Below, piece after piece: positions 59,683 through 64,000 of a DNA stretch of 64,000 bases. How positions within the stretch are numbered: position 1 is the first letter of the stretch; each line of letters opens with the position of its first letter. Source of the DNA: Phycisphaerae bacterium (GTDB lineage: Bacteria; Planctomycetota; Phycisphaerae; UBA1845; PWPN01); NCBI GenBank assembly GCA_012719955.1, contig JAAXZI010000159.1, positions 5,618 to 69,617 of the forward strand. Direction: 5' to 3'. The translations under genes and the position numbers were made by a program. The notes beneath the pieces were generated by a model. The model did not search any database and had not been told where the DNA came from. It saw nothing but the letters and a program-made list of their open reading frames with translations.

Positions 59683-60801
59683 CTACTTCAGGTTCTCAGG
59701 ATTCAGGGGTTCCAGTTCTGGCAACACGAACCGGCCGTCCTGGCGCACCAGCTTGCCGTCAAACCACATCTCGCCCCCGCCGGCATCCGGCGTCTGCATG
59801 AGCACCATGTCCCAGTGAATGTCGCTCTTGTTGCCGTTGGAGGCCTCGTCATAGCAGGCCCCCGGCGTGAGGTGGATGCTGCCGGCGATCTTCTCGTCAA
59901 AGAGAATGTCTTTCATGGGCTTCGTGCAATACGGGTTGAAGCCGATGGCGAACTCGCCGACGTAGCGGGCGCCCTCGTCGGAGTCGAGCACTTCGTTGAG
60001 CTTTGCGGTGGACGTGCTGGTGGCTTCGACGATCCGGCCATTCTCGAAAACCAGGCGGATGTCGTTATGGGTCGTGCCGCGATAGATGGTCGGCGCATTA
60101 AAGTGAATTACGCCATTGACGCTGTCGCGAACCGGCGCGGTGAAAATCTCCCCATCGGGGATATTAAGCTTGCCGTCACAGGGGATGGCGGGAATGCCCT
60201 TGATGCTGAACGTCAGATCGGTGTCCAGCGGTCCCTTGAGGCGGACCTTGTCCGTCCGTTCCATGAGCTGCTTCAATGGCACCATGGCCCGGGCCATTTT
60301 GGCATAGTCCAGGGTGCAGACATTGAAATAGAAATCCTCGAACGCCTCCGTGCTCATCTCGGCCATCTGGGCCATGGACGGGCTTGGCCAGCGCAATACC
60401 ACCCAACGGGTCTTGCGAACGCGAACTTCATGATGGACGCGCTTCCAAACCGTGCTCTCATAAAGCTTTTGCTTCTCCGCCGGAACGTCGGAAAGTTCGG
60501 AAACATTGGGGTTGCCGCGCGCCCCGATGTAGCACTGCATCTTCTCCATCTGGAAGCGTTCCACGTCCGCGGTGGTCTCCCACTGGGGCGTACTGCCGGC
60601 CAGCATCAGCGCGCGGTTAATCTCCACGCTCTTGAGCAGCACGAAAGGCCGTCCCCCCGCCGCCGCCACGACCTGCACCAGGGCTTTGACGAAATCATGG
60701 GGCACATCAATGGCTTCAACGAGCACGTTTTCATCCGGCTTCACCGCGCACGAATAGTGGACCAGCACGCGGGCGAGCCGCTCTACGCGCGGATCGATCA
60801 T
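59683..60801 (-). CDS. M29 family aminopeptidase (AmpS/PepS-like)
   Basis: GEFAIGFNP, FDEKIAGSIHLTPG and IHWDMV motifs. 372 aa. Confidence 0.88.
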   Translation of the reverse strand: MIDPRVERLARVLVHYSCAVKPDENVLVEAIDVPHDFVKALVQVVAAAGGRPFVLLKSVEINRALMLAGSTPQWETTADVERFQMEKMQCYIGARGNPNVSELSDVPAEKQKLYESTVWKRVHHEVRVRKTRWVVLRWPSPSMAQMAEMSTEAFEDFYFNVCTLDYAKMARAMVPLKQLMERTDKVRLKGPLDTDLTFSIKGIPAIPCDGKLNIPDGEIFTAPVRDSVNGVIHFNAPTIYRGTTHNDIRLVFENGRIVEATSTSTAKLNEVLDSDEGARYVGEFAIGFNPYCTKPMKDILFDEKIAGSIHLTPGACYDEASNGNKSDIHWDMVLMQTPDAGGGEMWFDGKLVRQDGRFVLPELEPLNPENLK

Positions 60802-60809
60802 GCGTATTC

Positions 60810-60851
60810 TCCCTGAATTACCAATTATTGTCCCTGGATTACCAATTATCG
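60810..60851. repeat. 21-bp tandem duplication (tccctgRattaccaattatYg x2) directly upstream of the aminopeptidase start
   Basis: 60810-60830 and 60831-60851 differ at 2 positions. On the coding strand the proximal copy supplies the AGGGAG Shine-Dalgarno-like sequence. Confidence 0.9.
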
Positions 60852-61227
60852 GGCATCAACAGGCCACGGCAGTGACGGAAAAATCCTCGTTCCCGAAACG
60901 CTGCCGCACCATCGATCAGCCACGGACGTAATAAATGCACTGTCGCGCTTGCCAGGAGCTGTGAGTATCCTATCATTTCACGATCAATGCCGAAAACCGT
61001 CAAGAATCCTGAAACCAACCCACCTGCTCGTCGGTTGGCACTCGGATTGCTACAGTTTCAGGCAGAGGCCCATTGGGCTGACAAAGTGTGCAAAATGGCA
61101 CTCAACGATTGGGAAAAGACACCTGCAGTGCTGGTTTTGCAGAACGCTGTACAAAACCTTCCTTGCAGGAATAAAATGAATGAGAAAGGAGCGGGTTGAG
61201 CCCAACCGCTTGGCCCGGAAGACGACT

Positions 61228-61530
61228 ATGACATTGATGGCGGAGCCGAAACCCCTGAAGGGAGTGGAGTCCGGCGGATCTGGAGCGTCTCTGGCCGCAG
61301 CCAGAGATCTCATCCAGGCTACCTATCCGAACGTGGAGGGTCAGATGATTGTCCGCCTGGTCAGCAAAGCGCCCGGCACGACCTGGTATCGGGTTAACTG
61401 GTACAAGCAGGGCGAATTTGGCACGTATATCCACCATTCGCGCTTCCTGGCTCTGCGTCAGACGCCTGACGGTCTTGTGGTTGAGGACCAGACGGTTCAA
61501 CCCCGCAAAAGGGAAGACTCACTGAATTAA
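61228..61530 (+). CDS. hypothetical protein (~100 aa)
   Basis: The coding-like frame is followed 26 nt later by a strong terminator. GGAAG lies 8 nt upstream of the ATG at 61228, while the track start at 61180 is also possible. There is no recognisable motif. Confidence 0.5.
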   Translation: MTLMAEPKPLKGVESGGSGASLAAARDLIQATYPNVEGQMIVRLVSKAPGTTWYRVNWYKQGEFGTYIHHSRFLALRQTPDGLVVEDQTVQPRKREDSLN

Positions 61531-61556
61531 GCAGGAACGCAACTGGACTAATCAAG

Positions 61557-61599
61557 CCGGAGCGGGGGGCATTTGCCCCCTCGCTCCGGTTTTGCTTTT
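61557..61599 (+). terminator. rho-independent terminator
   Basis: CCGGAGCGGGGGGC-attt-GCCCCCtCGCTCCGG followed by TTTTGCTTTTG. Confidence 0.8.
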
Positions 61600-61635
61600 G
61601 GGCGAATTCGCCCCACCTCGCCCTGTGTACCACGC

Positions 61636-61716
61636 CCTGTGTGCCACCGCTCTTGCTCTTGAGCCGTGCAAGGCAACTCTCGGCCTTCGATACTGCTCAA
61701 GAGCAGCGAAACACAC
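61636..61716. repeat. family A MITE-like element, short copy A5
   Basis: The sequence is ccctgtgtgccaccgctcttgctcttgagccgtgc...ctgctcaagagcagcgaaacacacc. The left terminus is itself partly duplicated just upstream (cgccctgtgtaccac / cgccctgtgtgccac). Confidence 0.8.
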
Positions 61717-61876
61717 CATGTAGCAGCATCCGCAGGCCTGCCGCAAGATTGTGCACGGCCACATCGTTTTGCATCTTCGGGCACAAACGGCCGGTCGCCC
61801 AGCCTGTGCCGGAGCCCCACCCGGCCGCCTCAGGCGCAGTGAGACTCACCACCCGCAAAGGGCCCTAAAATCAATC

Positions 61877-62608
61877 ATGCGTATCACCTTTCTCGACAGC
61901 TCGTTCTTTCTGGCCCTGGTCCACAAAGATGATCCCCTGCACGAGCGAGCCGAGGCCTGGCAACGCGTCCTGCGGGGCGAGTTCCTGACCACCGAATACG
62001 TCCTCCAGCAGACCGCCGACGCGTTATGCGAAGAGTCGCTGCGCGAACTGGCCCTGGAAATCGTCTGGCTCATGCGGGCCGACCCGGGCGTGGGAGTGGT
62101 ACCGGCCTCCACCGCCCTCCTGGAAGAAGGCCTCCGGCTGCTCCAGGAACAGAAAGGCACGGACTGGTCGCTCACGGAATGCACCTCTTTCGCAGCCATG
62201 CGGTATGCCGGCCTCCGGGACGCACTGACGACAAGCCGTCACTTTGAACAGGCAGGTTTCCGGTCGCTGCTGCGGATGCGCCCGCCGGACGAAGTAAAGA
62301 CCACCAGCCCCGACATCCGCGAGAAGCTCTGCGAAGCCATTCGGCATGGTTGCGTGGTGAAGTTCCGATATCACGACGGGTTACGGCTGGTTGAGCCCTA
62401 CCGATACGGGCGCAGCGTGATGGGCCACGAGTTGTTGCGCGGCTTTCAACGCGGCGGGGCCAGCAAGTCCGGCGAGGCCGTCGGGTGGAAGACTTTCCGG
62501 GTGTCCGAAATCGACGAACTGACCCTCACGGATCAGCACTTTGGTACCGCCCGCTCAGGCTACAGTGGCGGTGAATCCATCATGAGCGAGGTCTACTGCC
62601 AGGTGTAG
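61877..62608 (+). CDS. PIN-domain protein fused to a C-terminal WYL-like beta-barrel domain
   Basis: The N-terminal PIN pattern is MRITFLDSSFF, LTTEYVLQQT, WSLTECTSFAAM and ALTTSRHFEQAGF. The C-terminal ~95 aa (VVKFRYHDGLRLVEPYRYG....GWKTFRVSEIDELTLTDQHF) resemble WYL/Sm-like sensor domains. I chose the ATG at 61877; the in-frame upstream extension runs through a repeat element. Confidence 0.75.
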   Translation: MRITFLDSSFFLALVHKDDPLHERAEAWQRVLRGEFLTTEYVLQQTADALCEESLRELALEIVWLMRADPGVGVVPASTALLEEGLRLLQEQKGTDWSLTECTSFAAMRYAGLRDALTTSRHFEQAGFRSLLRMRPPDEVKTTSPDIREKLCEAIRHGCVVKFRYHDGLRLVEPYRYGRSVMGHELLRGFQRGGASKSGEAVGWKTFRVSEIDELTLTDQHFGTARSGYSGGESIMSEVYCQV

Positions 62609-62704
62609 ACGCCGGTCGGCGATTCGGTTTTTATCTCATTTCCGCCGCCTATCAACCCGATTTCAGAACTGATCATGCAAACGGGATACTCAAGAACTGA
62701 CGAC

Positions 62705-62893
62705 ATGCGTGGCAAGGTCATTACCCTGATCTGCCCCAACCTGCGCTGTCGCTGCCTGTTGCAAGTTCCGGAGCATACGCGAGGGAGGAAAGTACGCTGC
62801 GGACGATGCGGCAGCAACTTCCTCGTTCCGGAGGCGCCTCCGCCTCCACCTGCGTCAAGCGGAACCCATTCCTCCGATAAGTCGCGGCATTAA
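62705..62893 (+). CDS. small zinc-ribbon protein with Pro-rich tail
   Basis: CPNLRC..N14..CGRCG four-Cys ribbon followed by PEAPPPPPASS. The start is at 62705 (MRGKV) or 62675. Confidence 0.45.
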   Translation: MRGKVITLICPNLRCRCLLQVPEHTRGRKVRCGRCGSNFLVPEAPPPPPASSGTHSSDKSRH

Positions 62894-63142
62894 ATGGCCG
62901 TGCGCGGCGGCAAGACAACGAAGAATTGCGGTTTTTCATGTTTGCGGACCTGCCCAGGAAACGGGCAGATAGCCTGCCAACCTGGCCTCCCGCAGCCAGA
63001 TGACCGGAATAGCGATCAAACATCATCGGCCCGCGCGACGGCACGCCGCGGGCTTGTCGCAGGGTGACATACCCGGCAGTTCTACCGCGAAAACCTCTCG
63101 CAACCAGTTTTCGGACTCTCTGCCTCTGTGTATAGTGGATTC

Positions 63143-64000
63143 ATGCGGAATACCGCTCCTCACAGCCAGAGGGTCCGATGCGTCGCGTGGGTAAGGCTGC
63201 CTGTCGCCTGCATCCTGAACCTCGCCATGCTCTCCGGATGCGCAACGCTGGGCACGTCAGTAGGCAGGATCGTGGACCCATTCAATCTCATGGGCATGGG
63301 TCCGCCGCCGGTTCGCATTGGGATTACCCACCTTGAGCTCTCGCCGCTGCTGGTACCGCGGGCGGTGCTGTTCGAGGAGAACCTCACCTTCCATCTGGGC
63401 GCGCCAGTGATTTTCGACCTGATGACGCCCCACCAGATCCACGTGCACCTCGACACCGGCCGGCTGAAGTTTGCGATGCTCTCGACCCGGGAATTCTGCC
63501 AGGTGGCCCCCGACGAGAGCGCCCGAATCGTTGCCGTCGCATTGAACGAGCATCGTCAGAGTTACCGCAAAGGGCTCTTGATCGTCTCCGCCCAATCGGA
63601 AGCCAAGTCCCTGGAGGATCTGCAGAATTACCGCTTCCATCTGCTGCCACGAGACCACGTGCTCAATGACGCGGCGTTGGGGGCGCTGCTCAACGCCGGC
63701 GTGGCCCACGGCAACCTGATTGAAGGCATTCGTGGCGTGGAGGTGGTAATGGGCCGGTCCGGTTCCGCGGATGTGGCCAGGTGCGTCGCGGCCGATGCCC
63801 GCGCGGCCGGCGTGATCGACGAAACCGACTATCGAAACTGGCCGGCCACCGGCGGCGCCTTCGCCGGGCTCACCCCATCGCGCGACATGTTTCGGGTGAT
63901 CGGCGAGACGATCCGTGTGCCCGAGGGACCATTCGTGGCCTCTGCCCACACGGACCCCGAACTGGTCGAGAAAGTGCGGCGATACCTGCTGGAAGTGTTG
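63143..64000 (+). CDS. PhnD/SsuA-like periplasmic solute-binding lipoprotein, N-terminal part (runs off right edge)
   Basis: The frame is open from the ATG at 63143 to the window end, which is why it is not in the track. It has the lipobox LSGC, and the pattern ..RKGLLIVSAQSEAKSLEDLQNYRF.. and ..AAGVIDETDY.. resembles phosphonate/sulfonate-type binding proteins. The listed minus ORF 63257..63949 is its shadow. Confidence 0.55.
   Translation, partial: MRNTAPHSQRVRCVAWVRLPVACILNLAMLSGCATLGTSVGRIVDPFNLMGMGPPPVRIGITHLELSPLLVPRAVLFEENLTFHLGAPVIFDLMTPHQIHVHLDTGRLKFAMLSTREFCQVAPDESARIVAVALNEHRQSYRKGLLIVSAQSEAKSLEDLQNYRFHLLPRDHVLNDAALGALLNAGVAHGNLIEGIRGVEVVMGRSGSADVARCVAADARAAGVIDETDYRNWPATGGAFAGLTPSRDMFRVIGETIRVPEGPFVASAHTDPELVEKVRRYLLEVL

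Overview
High-GC window (roughly 60-65% by eye), densely coding on both strands. I support about 50 protein genes, one tRNA-Leu(CAG), several intrinsic terminators and a few promoter candidates. There is no rRNA, CRISPR array, transposase, integrase or phage gene.

Gene content suggests a PVC-type, probably Planctomycetota-like, chromosome. Evidence: a DUF1559/H-X9-DG pseudopilin-like protein, an arylsulfatase, a TAT-signal Gfo/Idh/MocA oxidoreductase, heparinase II/III-like and GH2 enzymes, and many lipoproteins. These sit among core genes (clpB, dnaK, ilvC, infA, rsmB, ispE, spoVG, rpiA).

Most long antisense ORFs in the track are shadow ORFs of a GC-rich genome.

The main structure that genes do not explain is a set of at least five modular, hairpin-forming intergenic repeat families. 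They are REP/MITE-like, and two carry a GTAG head. They fill nearly every long intergenic gap, form tandem arrays that abut start and stop codons, flank a lipoprotein gene, and replace the body of a PIN toxin gene.

The best candidate for something new at gene level is at 61.9-62.6 kb: an orphan PIN domain with an apparently degenerate active site, fused to a WYL-like beta-barrel. It has no antitoxin and lies in a small accessory-looking stretch with an AT-rich segment, a hypothetical gene and a zinc-ribbon gene.

Other notable points are a near-consensus sigma-54 -24/-12 element upstream of clpB, a SpoVG with a zinc-ribbon insertion and an RGG-rich tail, and three perfect or near-perfect 16-21 bp tandem duplications at gene boundaries.

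All family assignments are by-eye motif recognition. No database search was run.
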